Virus record (IMG/VR): IMGVR_UViG_3300023174_002543
Coordinates: 62,001-126,000 of that record
Length of the DNA: 64,000 nucleotides
Strand: one strand, 5' to 3'
Below the pieces are notes generated by a model that saw only the letters and a list, made by a program, of their open reading frames with translations, had not been told where the DNA came from and did not search any database. Below, piece after piece: positions 39,811-49,550 of this stretch (position 1 is the first letter of the stretch; every line of letters starts with the position of its first letter). The position numbers were made by a program, and so were the translations under genes.

Positions 39811-40140
39811 ATGGCAATAGTTTATAAAGTATTAGGACAATTAAATCCATCGGCAGCAACAGCAACAACATTATATACAGTACCTGCAAGTACAAGTACA
39901 GTAGCGTCTACTATTACAATTTGTAATCAAGCTGGAAGTAGTGACAATTATAGAATTGCAATTAGACCTGCAGGAGAAGCACTAGCCGCAAAACATTATA
40001 TTGCATATAACGGTGTTATTCCGGCATATGATAGTATAAGTTTAACAATTGGTATAACATTAGCAACAACAGATGTAGTTACCGTATATGCGGGTACTGC
40101 TAATTTAAGTTTTAATTTATTTGGTTCGGAGATTAGTTAA
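39811..40140 (+). CDS. Small beta-rich adaptor-like protein
   Basis: 109 aa; MAIVYKVLGQ..P.AATATTLYTVP ... FGSEIS; distant paralogue of 30139 and 41919. Confidence 0.6.
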   Translation: MAIVYKVLGQLNPSAATATTLYTVPASTSTVASTITICNQAGSSDNYRIAIRPAGEALAAKHYIAYNGVIPAYDSISLTIGITLATTDVVTVYAGTANLSFNLFGSEIS

Positions 40141-41087
40141 TGGCTGTAAAAACCCATAGCGTACAGAAACATAGTTCTAAGAATCTTAATAGTACTAATA
40201 TCACAAATCCACTTTCACCGTTCTTTTCTAGTATAAGTCCGGCAATCGGTGGTAAAACAACTTGGAATGCAACTGACGGAGATTTAGTAATTACTACTCC
40301 AGGAGAATATACTCTTATTGCAGGTACAGGCGGGTCAAAAATAATTAAAATGTGGGGTGCTGGTGGCAAGCCCACAAACGGTGGAAGTGTGTCTTGGGGC
40401 GCCGGCGGAGCCGGCGGTGGTGCAGTAGGAACAGTCACGTTTGTCGGTGGCACTACTTATAAAATAAGAGTGCCTTCGGCGGGTAATAATAGTGGCACTA
40501 ACCCAGCAACTGCATATGGTGGCGGTAACGGAGGCGGTACATACTCAGTGGGTGTTAGTGGAGGTGGTGGTGGCTATGCTGGAATATTCAATACCTCAGT
40601 TACACAGGGCAATGCAGTATTAATGGCAGGTGGAGGAGGTGGCGGTGCATCTCATAGAGGTGACGGACTTGGTGGTCGCCCCGGAGTAGCCGGAGGCGGA
40701 ACTACTGGACAAAACGCCGCAGATGCATATATCTCTAGTCCTGGAACACAATCTGCAGGTGGTATTACTGCTAGCGGCGGATCAGGTGGACAAACAGGCT
40801 CTGCACTACAGGGTGGTAATTCTAGCGGAGGTGGAGGTGGAGGTGGCGGTGGTTACTGGGGAGGTGGCGGAGGTGGCCCTCAAGCAACTCAATCTGACGG
40901 TGCCTGTGGAGGCGGTGGTGGAAGTGGATATTATAACCCGTCCGTAGTGACATCAGCTACACTATATACTGGCTCAGGTACCACACCGGGTAACTCAGGT
41001 GATTCAGATAGACCGACAAACGTGGGTGGGTCTGGTGCTGGTTTAGGTACAGCCTATGACGGTGCTGTAGTAATAAAGGCAACTTAA
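40140..41087 (+). CDS. Glycine-rich-domain protein
   Basis: IKMWGAGG..GAGGAGGG, AGGGGG, GGGGSGYY, DGAVVIK; TAATG overlap. Confidence 0.7.
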   Translation: MAVKTHSVQKHSSKNLNSTNITNPLSPFFSSISPAIGGKTTWNATDGDLVITTPGEYTLIAGTGGSKIIKMWGAGGKPTNGGSVSWGAGGAGGGAVGTVTFVGGTTYKIRVPSAGNNSGTNPATAYGGGNGGGTYSVGVSGGGGGYAGIFNTSVTQGNAVLMAGGGGGGASHRGDGLGGRPGVAGGGTTGQNAADAYISSPGTQSAGGITASGGSGGQTGSALQGGNSSGGGGGGGGGYWGGGGGGPQATQSDGACGGGGGSGYYNPSVVTSATLYTGSGTTPGNSGDSDRPTNVGGSGAGLGTAYDGAVVIKAT

Positions 41088-41091
41088 ACAA

Positions 41092-41098
41092 CTAAATA
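41092..41098 (+). promoter_or_regulatory. Late promoter-like CTAAATA
   Basis: One mismatch to ATAAATA; intergenic, upstream of 41117. Confidence 0.45.
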
Positions 41099-41116
41099 TA
41101 CATAGAGATAATAAAC

Positions 41117-41917
41117 ATGGCATTCCCAACATCACCAATAGACGGACAAGTAACAATACAAAATGGTATACGATATACCTATGCTTCCGCCACAAATAGT
41201 TGGACACGCAGTCCGGCGACTAGTTCTACACTAAGTGTTATTAGTGATAGTTTTACCGGTGATGGCACTACAGTTAGTTATACATTAAGCAACACACCGG
41301 CAAGTATTGATGTAGTGACTGCTATTGTAGACGGTGTACCTCAATTACGTGGTGCTTTTACACTATTAAGTAATGTTGTAACATTTACCGGTACCCCTTC
41401 AAATGGTGCATTAATTGAAGTACGTACAATGCAAGCAAGTGGTTTAGGTATATTAACTGGATTAGTCTATGATACTTTCACTGGAAACGGTAGTACAACT
41501 GCTTATACATTAACTACACAACCATCAAATAAAAATTTTACAATAGTAACAATTGGTGGACTAGTTCAAAATAAAGTTAACTACAACGTAAGTGGAACAA
41601 CACTTACATTCACTACAGCACCCCCAAACACATCACCTATTGAAGTAATCACATTAGGTCCTGCAATTACTACATCAACACCAAACACTTTACAAAACGG
41701 TACTAGTAGTGTAAATGTATTGCAAAATGGTAATGTAACTATATCAAGCGCAGGTACAAGTAACGTAGTTGTAGTAAGTAATACAGGTGCTACAGTAACA
41801 AATGCATCTATTACTGGAAATTTAACAGTATCAGGTAACATTATCACACCAAGTGGACAAGTGGTAAATACTTTAGGAAAAAGTATAGCAATGTCCATAG
41901 TATTCGGAGGAATTTAA
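41117..41917 (+). CDS. Short fibre/connector with two FTGDG domains, ending SIVFGGI
   Basis: MAFPTSP..GQ..GIRYTY; SDSFTGDGTTVSYTL and YDTFTGNGSTTAYTL. Confidence 0.6.
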   Translation: MAFPTSPIDGQVTIQNGIRYTYASATNSWTRSPATSSTLSVISDSFTGDGTTVSYTLSNTPASIDVVTAIVDGVPQLRGAFTLLSNVVTFTGTPSNGALIEVRTMQASGLGILTGLVYDTFTGNGSTTAYTLTTQPSNKNFTIVTIGGLVQNKVNYNVSGTTLTFTTAPPNTSPIEVITLGPAITTSTPNTLQNGTSSVNVLQNGNVTISSAGTSNVVVVSNTGATVTNASITGNLTVSGNIITPSGQVVNTLGKSIAMSIVFGGI

Positions 41918-41918
41918 A

Positions 41919-42281
41919 ATGGCAAATCCAAACATAGTAAACGTAACGACAATCACAGGAAAAACAGCAGGACAGGCTATAACAACATCACCAACTGCAA
42001 TAGTAACTAATAGCGCCAGTAGTGGAAAATTATTAAAAATAAACTCATTATATATTTCAAATGTTAACGGGACAGGAAGTGCAGACGTTACAGTAGATGT
42101 TTATAAAAATGGTGCTACTGCTTATAGATTGGCATATTTAATCACAGTACCGGCAAAATCAACTATAAATGTAATTGCAAAAGATGTACAAGTTTATTTA
42201 GAAGAAAATGATAGTTTAAGATTAACTGCTAGTAGTAGTAGTTACCTTGAAGGTGTATGTAGTTATGAGGAAATTAGTTAA
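41919..42281 (+). CDS. Small beta-rich adaptor-like protein
   Basis: 120 aa; paralogue of 30139, ends CSYEEIS. Confidence 0.6.
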   Translation: MANPNIVNVTTITGKTAGQAITTSPTAIVTNSASSGKLLKINSLYISNVNGTGSADVTVDVYKNGATAYRLAYLITVPAKSTINVIAKDVQVYLEENDSLRLTASSSSYLEGVCSYEEIS

Positions 42282-43426
42282 TGAGTACTAATCCGTTTAA
42301 GGGACTCGGGGCAATAAATCTATTGCCATCAGATCCTGCTATATATCCAACAATGAAACTTAACAGCATCGGTGCACGTAGTATATCTTTGGGTATGCAA
42401 TATTTCTATAGCTACAATGGTTATTGGCCAAATCTTGGAACTAGTATGGGTATAGCAGTAGCACACGCAGGTAGTCCATATGTTACTATATATTCACAAT
42501 CAAACGACTTACTTAGTAAAGTAAATGATCCAACTACTTTACCTGCGTCAACGGCGCAGAGTGTTTCAGTTAGTCCTGATACCATATACCTAACAGTATC
42601 ACATGCAACTACCCCGTATATTACTATATATAAAAGAAGTGGTGATACATTCACTAAATTACCTAACCCAACTACATTACCTTCTAATACCACCTGGGCA
42701 ACGATGTTTAGTTCTGACGGGGTATACCTTGCAACTGTACACACAAATCCTCCTTATGTTACTATATATAAAAGAAATGGAGACACATTTACTAAATTAA
42801 CTGACCCAGCTACATTACCTGCATCTCTTGGTAATGGTGTAGCATTTAGTCCAGATGTTACATATCTGACCGTAGCACACGATACTACCCCGTTTATTAC
42901 TATCTATAAAAGAAGCGGTGACACGTTTACTAAATTAACTAATCCATCTACCTTACCCACTGGAGCAGGCAATGGTGTTGCATTTAGTGCAGATGGTACT
43001 TATATGGCAGTAGCCCATTCAATTACTCCATTTATTACTATCTATAAAATCGATAAAGCAACAGATACGTTTACTAAATTATCTAATCCAAGTACATTGC
43101 CTACAAATACCGCCAATGCTGTGGCATTTAGTCCAGACGGTACTTATTTAGCAGTAGGACACTCAGTGAGCCCATATATCACTATCTATAAAAGAAGTGG
43201 TGATACATTCACTAAGTTAAGTAATCCATCTACATTACCTTCACCTTCAACTACTATTAATTGTGTAGCATTTAGTCCTGATAATATTTATTTGGCATTA
43301 ACACATGCTGGCGGTACTTTTCTTGCTATATACAAAAGAAGTGGCGATACCTTCACTAAAATGAGTGATCCTAGTGTGATACCTGCCAGTGCGGCTAATG
43401 GGGTAACATTTATACCCGTAATATAA
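42281..43426 (+). CDS. Seven-bladed beta-propeller (WD40-like) protein
   Basis: Seven ~46-aa repeats of the type VAFSPDGTYLAV.H...PYITIYKRSGDTFTKL.NP.TLP. Confidence 0.8.
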   Translation: MSTNPFKGLGAINLLPSDPAIYPTMKLNSIGARSISLGMQYFYSYNGYWPNLGTSMGIAVAHAGSPYVTIYSQSNDLLSKVNDPTTLPASTAQSVSVSPDTIYLTVSHATTPYITIYKRSGDTFTKLPNPTTLPSNTTWATMFSSDGVYLATVHTNPPYVTIYKRNGDTFTKLTDPATLPASLGNGVAFSPDVTYLTVAHDTTPFITIYKRSGDTFTKLTNPSTLPTGAGNGVAFSADGTYMAVAHSITPFITIYKIDKATDTFTKLSNPSTLPTNTANAVAFSPDGTYLAVGHSVSPYITIYKRSGDTFTKLSNPSTLPSPSTTINCVAFSPDNIYLALTHAGGTFLAIYKRSGDTFTKMSDPSVIPASAANGVTFIPVI

Positions 43427-43442
43427 AATAGGATAACAAACA

Positions 43443-44150
43443 ATGGCATTAACACAACTAGAATCATACATGGTAAACAGTACAGGTACATCGTTTACTT
43501 TCCCAAATGTTACTGTAACCGGTAACGTAACAGGAACTTATTTTAATGGCAATGGTTCAGCATTAACCGGTATAGTAGCGACTGTTGCACAAACAGTAAC
43601 AACGGCTGCACAACCTAATATTACAAGTTTTGGTACACTAACCAATACAATATTAGGTGGAAGTAACTCATTTACCGGTGGTAATTTAGTAAGTGCTAAT
43701 TATGTAGCCGGCACACTAACAACAGCCGCACAACCCAATATTACTTCGGTTGGTATATTGACTGGTTTAACAGTATCCGGTCCCACCTCTTATGGATTAT
43801 CCTCTGACATTCTTATTACTAAGTCCGGTTCAACCGGGGTAGTAGTACATGATATAGCACCTGGCGCAGTTTTTTATCATACTAGTGTTGCCGCAAATTT
43901 TACTGCAAATTTTACTAATGTGCCTACTACTGAGGGTAGAGTATTAATGGCAACTATTATAATTAGTCAAGGTGCTACACCCTACATATCAAATGGAGTG
44001 CAAATTGACGGATCATCACAAACTATAAAATGGCTTGGTTCAGCCGCACCAACCGGCACTGCAAGTAAAATAGACATAATATCGTTTAGTTTAATAAGAA
44101 CAGGTGCTGCTTGGATCGTTCTTGGACAAGCGTCAGTAAATTACGGATAA
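43443..44150 (+). CDS. Short fibre protein with a C-terminal phage-tail-type beta domain
   Basis: MALTQ..FTFPNVTV, two QPNIT repeats, IIISQG..IKWLG..APTGT..DIISF..W. Confidence 0.6.
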   Translation: MALTQLESYMVNSTGTSFTFPNVTVTGNVTGTYFNGNGSALTGIVATVAQTVTTAAQPNITSFGTLTNTILGGSNSFTGGNLVSANYVAGTLTTAAQPNITSVGILTGLTVSGPTSYGLSSDILITKSGSTGVVVHDIAPGAVFYHTSVAANFTANFTNVPTTEGRVLMATIIISQGATPYISNGVQIDGSSQTIKWLGSAAPTGTASKIDIISFSLIRTGAAWIVLGQASVNYG

Positions 44151-44155
44151 TAACA

Positions 44156-45034
44156 ATGAGACTTAACTCGTTTTCTGGATCAAAAATATCGTCAGCTGCG
44201 ATCCCGGGTTCTAGTGGCGGCGGGGCCAGTCCAACAGGTCAAGTAGTTTTTGCTGTGAATATTGGTGGATCTACTTCATTGAATACAACATGGACTGCGC
44301 CTGCAGGTGTTACTAGTGTTAGTGTTTTAGTAGTCGGTGGAGGTGGATATAATGCAAGTATAAATAACGGAGGAACAGGTGGAGGTGGCGCCGGCGCACT
44401 GGCATATAAGAATAACATAACTGTTGTACCCGGGAATGGTTATGTGGTTGTAGCTGGTGGCTCAGGTAATCCAGGTCCAGGTGGTAGTTCGTCTTTTACT
44501 GCAGGATTTGGCACAATAACTGCCGGAGGCGGTGGTGGTTCTTCAGTTTTTAACGTTAGTGCTAGAAACGGTGGCGCAGGCGGACAACCATCAGGTGTAT
44601 ATGATGCAGGATTTGCGGGAGGTAATGGTGGAAGTTACGCAACTGGTACAGGTTGGGGAGGTGGCGGTGGGGCAGCCGGATATTCAGGGGCAGGCGGTAC
44701 TGGAGGAAGTAACAATGCTGCTGGCAATGCCGCCGCTACAGATAGCGGAGGTGGTGGCGGGGGCGGAAGTGGCTCAGGCCAAGGTGGCACAACAGGTGGA
44801 AATATAGGTTTATTAGGAAAAGGCTCAACCGGGACAGGCGGCGCCTCTGGTGCAAATCCCGGCAACCCGGGTAGCGATGGAGGGGCGGGTGGGCTTGGTG
44901 GTATGTTTGGATATGGTGGCGGTGGGTCTGGTTGGAACGGTGGGTCTAGTGCTATGGGAGGCAGGGGCGCAGTACGCATAATATGGCCGGGTACTACTAG
45001 ACAATTTCCATCAACTCAAACAGGTGATTTATAA
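44156..45034 (+). CDS. Glycine-rich-domain protein
   Basis: TWTAPAGVTSVSVLVVGGGG, GGRGAVRIIWPG..RQFPST; ATG 44156 preferred over the track's TTG 44111, which overlaps the upstream gene. Confidence 0.7.
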   Translation: MRLNSFSGSKISSAAIPGSSGGGASPTGQVVFAVNIGGSTSLNTTWTAPAGVTSVSVLVVGGGGYNASINNGGTGGGGAGALAYKNNITVVPGNGYVVVAGGSGNPGPGGSSSFTAGFGTITAGGGGGSSVFNVSARNGGAGGQPSGVYDAGFAGGNGGSYATGTGWGGGGGAAGYSGAGGTGGSNNAAGNAAATDSGGGGGGGSGSGQGGTTGGNIGLLGKGSTGTGGASGANPGNPGSDGGAGGLGGMFGYGGGGSGWNGGSSAMGGRGAVRIIWPGTTRQFPSTQTGDL

Positions 45035-45044
45035 GGATTAAAAC

Positions 45045-45470
45045 ATGTCATTAACACTAGTCAGGTCAACAGGTACAGATTTTACAGGAAATACAGTAAG
45101 TATATCCACAAACTATGGTGGAAATGTCCCACCTATCGTATTAAATGATATAAGCAACTACTTTGATGGTCAAACTTGCTTGTTTCCATTGAAGCAGGAG
45201 ACAAGTAGCATAAATACATTCATAGATTCAAAAGACATAATGGTCACGATTAATGGTATGGTTTTAAACCCATATGTAACAGAAAATCGCTTGCCATGGT
45301 TAGTTGACTATGATTCATATAGAGGATATAGAGTGGTAGGAAGTAATGTTGTTATTTATAATTCACCGGATCCCGGTGACCGCGCCACTGTAATTATCAT
45401 AGGTCAAAGTCAGACAAAACAAGTAAGAAGATACCCATTCTCACCAACAACAATAGGATTAGGAGATTAA
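45045..45470 (+). CDS. Hypothetical protein
   Basis: 141-aa ORF with AAGGA RBS; FTGDG-domain-like segment (YFDG..LFPL..DIMVTINGMVL). Confidence 0.55.
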   Translation: MSLTLVRSTGTDFTGNTVSISTNYGGNVPPIVLNDISNYFDGQTCLFPLKQETSSINTFIDSKDIMVTINGMVLNPYVTENRLPWLVDYDSYRGYRVVGSNVVIYNSPDPGDRATVIIIGQSQTKQVRRYPFSPTTIGLGD

Positions 45471-45474
45471 TTAA

Positions 45475-48400
45475 ATGGCAAAGCACGTAATCGCGGAACA
45501 ATATTCATTTAGCCCGCTAACAAAAACACTTGTAATTAGTAATAGATACTTACGACAAGAACAATTAATGTTAATTACAAACACCACACGTAACGTGGTT
45601 ATGTACAACTTCAGTGATCCTACATTGGGTGCTACAGTTACTAACGTAATTAACCCATTAAACGCACAACCAACATGTACTATTGTATTAAATTATAATA
45701 CTGCGGCACATAGTTCTAGTGATAAAATCTCTATTTTAGTTGAAGAAACAAGTGAGACATTTATTCCCCAAGAAGTGTTAGTTGATCCAGTTAATAAATT
45801 ACGTGTTAGTCAACCCCAGTCATTGATTGATACTGACTTTGAATATAGCCCACAAAATACCAAATGGGAAACATTGAACCTGATTAATAATAGACCTTTT
45901 GCTTATATCAATTCGTTTCTCCCAATTACTATCAGTGATATTACTGCAACTAGTAATAGTAGAACCATAACAATTACTTCAAATGGACATGGGTTGACGG
46001 CGGGAACACCTGTTAACGTTCAAGATACATTGTTTGGTGGCGCCGACGGTACATATATGATTGATAGCGTTACCTCCAATACAATCGTCTATACTTGCAG
46101 ATATACATACACAAGTGCTACTGGTACAATTTTTAATGCTAATACAACTACTGCATATCAAGGATACGTTTACACTGGTTCAGCGATTGCAATGACAAGT
46201 GCAACATATTCAGGTAGTTTAATTACCGTAACCACATCTGTAGCGCATGGATTGGCAATTGGTAATGAAATTGCGTTGACTGGTGCTACTGCAAGTACAA
46301 ACGCACCAAACGGTAGTTGGACTGTGTGTACAGTATTAAGTCCAACAGTATTCGTCTTCAACTCAAATGCAACACCAACTGGTACATTGAGCGTTGGTGC
46401 AGCAAGTTTATATGGTCGACCATTAGGTTCTGTTAATCATAGAGCATTTGATGGTGGTGTAACATTTAGTACAAATGCCGCAAGTCATAATCAACAATTT
46501 ATTCGTCAAACACGTAGATATTTCCGTTATCAATCTGGTAAAGGCATGCAAATGTCTACTGGTACTATTTTAGAACCAAACATTACAGTAGACCAAATTA
46601 TTAGTTCAGGTACTACTGTTACCGTGTATACCAAGTACCCACATAACTTACAAATGGGCGCTGATGTAACTGTTACCGGTTGTAATGAAACTGCGTATAA
46701 TGGTACATTCAAAGTATTATATGTATTGGATACATATCGTATTCAATATACTGCATTGAGTACCCCAAGTGCAACTATTGCTAGTGGTAATTATGTTCTG
46801 TCAATTAGCGGATGGTATGGTGGTGCAACACGTGTTGGATTATTTGATAATCAAAATGGTGTATTCTTTGAATATGACGGACAAAATATATTTGCTGTAA
46901 AACGTGCAAGCACTTTTCAATTATCAGGATTAGTATCAGTAACTGCTGGTTCTAGTACTGTAACAAGCGCAGGTATTAATGGTATTAATACGGTTTTTAG
47001 CAAGCAATTAGTACCCGGTGATTATATTGTTATTAAGGGTATGAGTTATCGAATAGATACAATTGCAAGTGATACATCTATGACAATACTACCTGCGTAT
47101 CGTGGTTCAGTCAACGTAACAAATGCGGTGGTCACTAGAACAATAGATCAGAAAACAATATCAACTAATTGGAATATTGATAAATGTAATGGTACTGGTA
47201 TTAGTGGATTCAATTTAGATTTAACTAAAATGCAAATGTTCTATTTAGATTATAGTTGGTACGGCGCTGGCTTTATTCGTTGGGGCTTCCGTGGATCAAC
47301 CGGTGATATTGTTTACTGTCATAAACTACCAAACAATAACGTAAACTATGAAGCATATATGCGTTCTGGTAACTTACCTGCACGTTATGAAACAACCACA
47401 TACCCCGCAGTTACAGTGTTAACATACCCAATTGCACAAAGTGATACAACTATCACAGTTGCAAGTACTGCGGGATTTAACAGTGTTGGTAGTGTGGTAG
47501 TCAGGGGTAATAGCAATTACGAATATATTAACTATACTAGTATTTCTGCAACACAATTTATAGGTTGTACCCGTGGTCAAAGTGGAGGAACAATTACAGT
47601 TTCTAGTACAACATTAGGTAGTAATGTACTATTAACAACTAATACGGGTGGTATACAAATAGGTCAATATATATTTGGTACTGGAATTCAAGCTACTGCA
47701 TATGTTACTGGTTTTGTACCTAATACAAGTATTACAATGAGTATTTCGGCTACTGCAAATGGAACAAACGTGAGTTTATATTTTGCCCCAATGGGAGTAA
47801 CTGCAGCAAGTAGTGGTACATTTGCATTAACTAACGCAACAACATCTCAACCAAGTGGTACTAACCCAATCGCAGTTGAACAACATTCACCTTTATATTC
47901 AAGTACAATCAGTCATTGGGGTACTTCAGTAATTATGGATGGTCGTTTTGATAACGATAAATCATATGTGTTTACTAGAGGTATGGTTACTGCGCTACAA
48001 GTTGGCGGCAACACGACAAATGCCATTATGAGTATTCGTATTGCACCTAGTGTAAGTAACGGTGTCGTTGGTACAGCATTGGGCATTCGTGAAATTGTTA
48101 ACCGCATGCAATTAGTTTTACAACAACTGGACGTTTTCAGTAATGGTCAATTCTTGATGACTTGTATATTGAACGGAATTACAAACAGTGCAACACCAAA
48201 CTGGCAACCAGTTGGCGGTTCTAGTCTAGCACAATATGTTTTCCATACAACTGGTACAACAATTCTAGGTGGTGAAACGGTTTATGGTTTCTACTTGAAT
48301 AGTTCAGGTGCTACAGGTGGTTCTACTACTCAGCAAGATTTGAACTTAGTTCGTGACTTGGGTACAAGTATATTAAGCGGCGGTTCTTTACTTGCTAACA

Positions 48401-48510
48401 CTGGCATCTATCCAGACGGTCCAGACGTTATTACAATTGTAGCGCAGAACTTAGCAGGTAGTTCAGGTAATTTACAGGCTCGTTTATCTTGGACAGAGGC
48501 TCAGGCTTAA
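45475..48510 (+). CDS. Large virion structural protein with FCCH-like inserted modules
   Basis: 1011 aa; LMLITNTT.N..MYNFSDP, RVSQPQSLIDTDFEY, RQTRRYFRYQSGKG, FYLDYSWYGAG.IRWG; repeated T.TT..HGL..G..V..G..NG module. Confidence 0.6.
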   Translation: MAKHVIAEQYSFSPLTKTLVISNRYLRQEQLMLITNTTRNVVMYNFSDPTLGATVTNVINPLNAQPTCTIVLNYNTAAHSSSDKISILVEETSETFIPQEVLVDPVNKLRVSQPQSLIDTDFEYSPQNTKWETLNLINNRPFAYINSFLPITISDITATSNSRTITITSNGHGLTAGTPVNVQDTLFGGADGTYMIDSVTSNTIVYTCRYTYTSATGTIFNANTTTAYQGYVYTGSAIAMTSATYSGSLITVTTSVAHGLAIGNEIALTGATASTNAPNGSWTVCTVLSPTVFVFNSNATPTGTLSVGAASLYGRPLGSVNHRAFDGGVTFSTNAASHNQQFIRQTRRYFRYQSGKGMQMSTGTILEPNITVDQIISSGTTVTVYTKYPHNLQMGADVTVTGCNETAYNGTFKVLYVLDTYRIQYTALSTPSATIASGNYVLSISGWYGGATRVGLFDNQNGVFFEYDGQNIFAVKRASTFQLSGLVSVTAGSSTVTSAGINGINTVFSKQLVPGDYIVIKGMSYRIDTIASDTSMTILPAYRGSVNVTNAVVTRTIDQKTISTNWNIDKCNGTGISGFNLDLTKMQMFYLDYSWYGAGFIRWGFRGSTGDIVYCHKLPNNNVNYEAYMRSGNLPARYETTTYPAVTVLTYPIAQSDTTITVASTAGFNSVGSVVVRGNSNYEYINYTSISATQFIGCTRGQSGGTITVSSTTLGSNVLLTTNTGGIQIGQYIFGTGIQATAYVTGFVPNTSITMSISATANGTNVSLYFAPMGVTAASSGTFALTNATTSQPSGTNPIAVEQHSPLYSSTISHWGTSVIMDGRFDNDKSYVFTRGMVTALQVGGNTTNAIMSIRIAPSVSNGVVGTALGIREIVNRMQLVLQQLDVFSNGQFLMTCILNGITNSATPNWQPVGGSSLAQYVFHTTGTTILGGETVYGFYLNSSGATGGSTTQQDLNLVRDLGTSILSGGSLLANTGIYPDGPDVITIVAQNLAGSSGNLQARLSWTEAQA

Positions 48511-48536
48511 TTTTTATATTATTGGATTTGATATAG

Positions 48537-49106
48537 ATGACATCAAGAATAGCAATTGCACATACTGTGAGTACTACTCAACCTATAAGCGGTGCTATAG
48601 GGGATGAGTGGTACAATCCAACTTCCAATAAATTATATAAAAATATATCATACAGTGCTACTAGCCCACAATGGATAGAATTATTTTCTACTACAGCCAC
48701 TACTAGTACTGCTAGTTTTGGTAATTTGAATGTTAGTGGTCAATTAAATGTTGGTGCCGGTGGCAGTTTAAACGTTAGTAACTTTGTACAAACTATCAAT
48801 CTTTCTATGCCCGGATCTGTATCAGGTCCATTAGTAGGAACTGCTAGATTTTATCCAAGTCGTACAGTTACATTAACGGCTGTAAACGCTAATTTAGGAT
48901 CTGCCCCATCCGGAAATTTTATATTTCAGATACTGAAAAATAGCTTTAGTATAGGATATAATTTTACAATTACTGCACAAAATCCATTAATGACTGTTAT
49001 ATATTTACCAAATATAACACTTACAGTTAATGATTTCTTAACAATAAATATTTTAAATGGTAGTGCAACAGGGAATGACCTAGCAGTAAAAATCAGTTAC
49101 ATATAA
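48537..49106 (+). CDS. Small fibre/connector-like protein
   Basis: 189 aa; GDEWYNP..LY..W module also seen in 10234 and 36505; beta-rich C-terminus. Confidence 0.55.
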   Translation: MTSRIAIAHTVSTTQPISGAIGDEWYNPTSNKLYKNISYSATSPQWIELFSTTATTSTASFGNLNVSGQLNVGAGGSLNVSNFVQTINLSMPGSVSGPLVGTARFYPSRTVTLTAVNANLGSAPSGNFIFQILKNSFSIGYNFTITAQNPLMTVIYLPNITLTVNDFLTINILNGSATGNDLAVKISYI

Positions 49107-49110
49107 AAAG

Positions 49111-49117
49111 ATAAATA
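49111..49117 (+). promoter_or_regulatory. T4-type late promoter candidate ATAAATA
   Basis: Intergenic, upstream of the AGGA RBS and the ATG at 49134. Confidence 0.65.
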
Positions 49118-49133
49118 CATTATAGGAAAAATT

Positions 49134-49550
49134 ATGAACAAAAGTTATTTAACAGAAGTGTTTGGCGCACAAGAAGGATTTGTATACGAATACACAGGAA
49201 CTGTTCCTGAGGGAATTAATCCTGAATCCGCCGAAATGTCGGAACATGTAACACTAGATTTCTTAGCAGGGCACGGTGATAATTTAATTGCTACTAGAGT
49301 AGTTCAGTTTCCATATCAACATAATAAAATTTTGCTTTATGCAAAAACAGATATGGATATGAATACATCAAGTGAATTTGCATTAATATCACATTTAGTC
49401 CCGGACGTAATAGTTGCCCCAGTAGAAGTTCAACAACCAACTGAAACTTCTGAGACAACTGAAACTGCTGAGACAACTGAAACTGCTGAGACAACTGAAA
49501 CTGCTGAGACAACTGAACCTTCAACAGATTCAAACGAACAAGGACAATAA
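49134..49550 (+). CDS. Acidic hypothetical protein with a TETAET repeat tail
   Basis: 138-aa ORF, E/T-rich C-terminus. Confidence 0.55.
   Translation: MNKSYLTEVFGAQEGFVYEYTGTVPEGINPESAEMSEHVTLDFLAGHGDNLIATRVVQFPYQHNKILLYAKTDMDMNTSSEFALISHLVPDVIVAPVEVQQPTETSETTETAETTETAETTETAETTEPSTDSNEQGQ
49440..49517 (+). repeat. 18-bp coding tandem repeat, 4.3 copies
   Basis: ACTGAAACT(T/G)CTGAGACA x4 plus ACTGAA. Confidence 0.9.

Noticed and set aside
3273-44150. Very dense N-x-S/T sequons suggesting glycosylated fibres
   Set aside because: Explained by the N/T/S-rich composition of beta-fibre repeats; no glycosyltransferase in the window.
49440-49517. CRISPR-like array
   Set aside because: The repeats are directly adjacent with no spacers and are in-frame coding; the same applies to the repeat at 16525.
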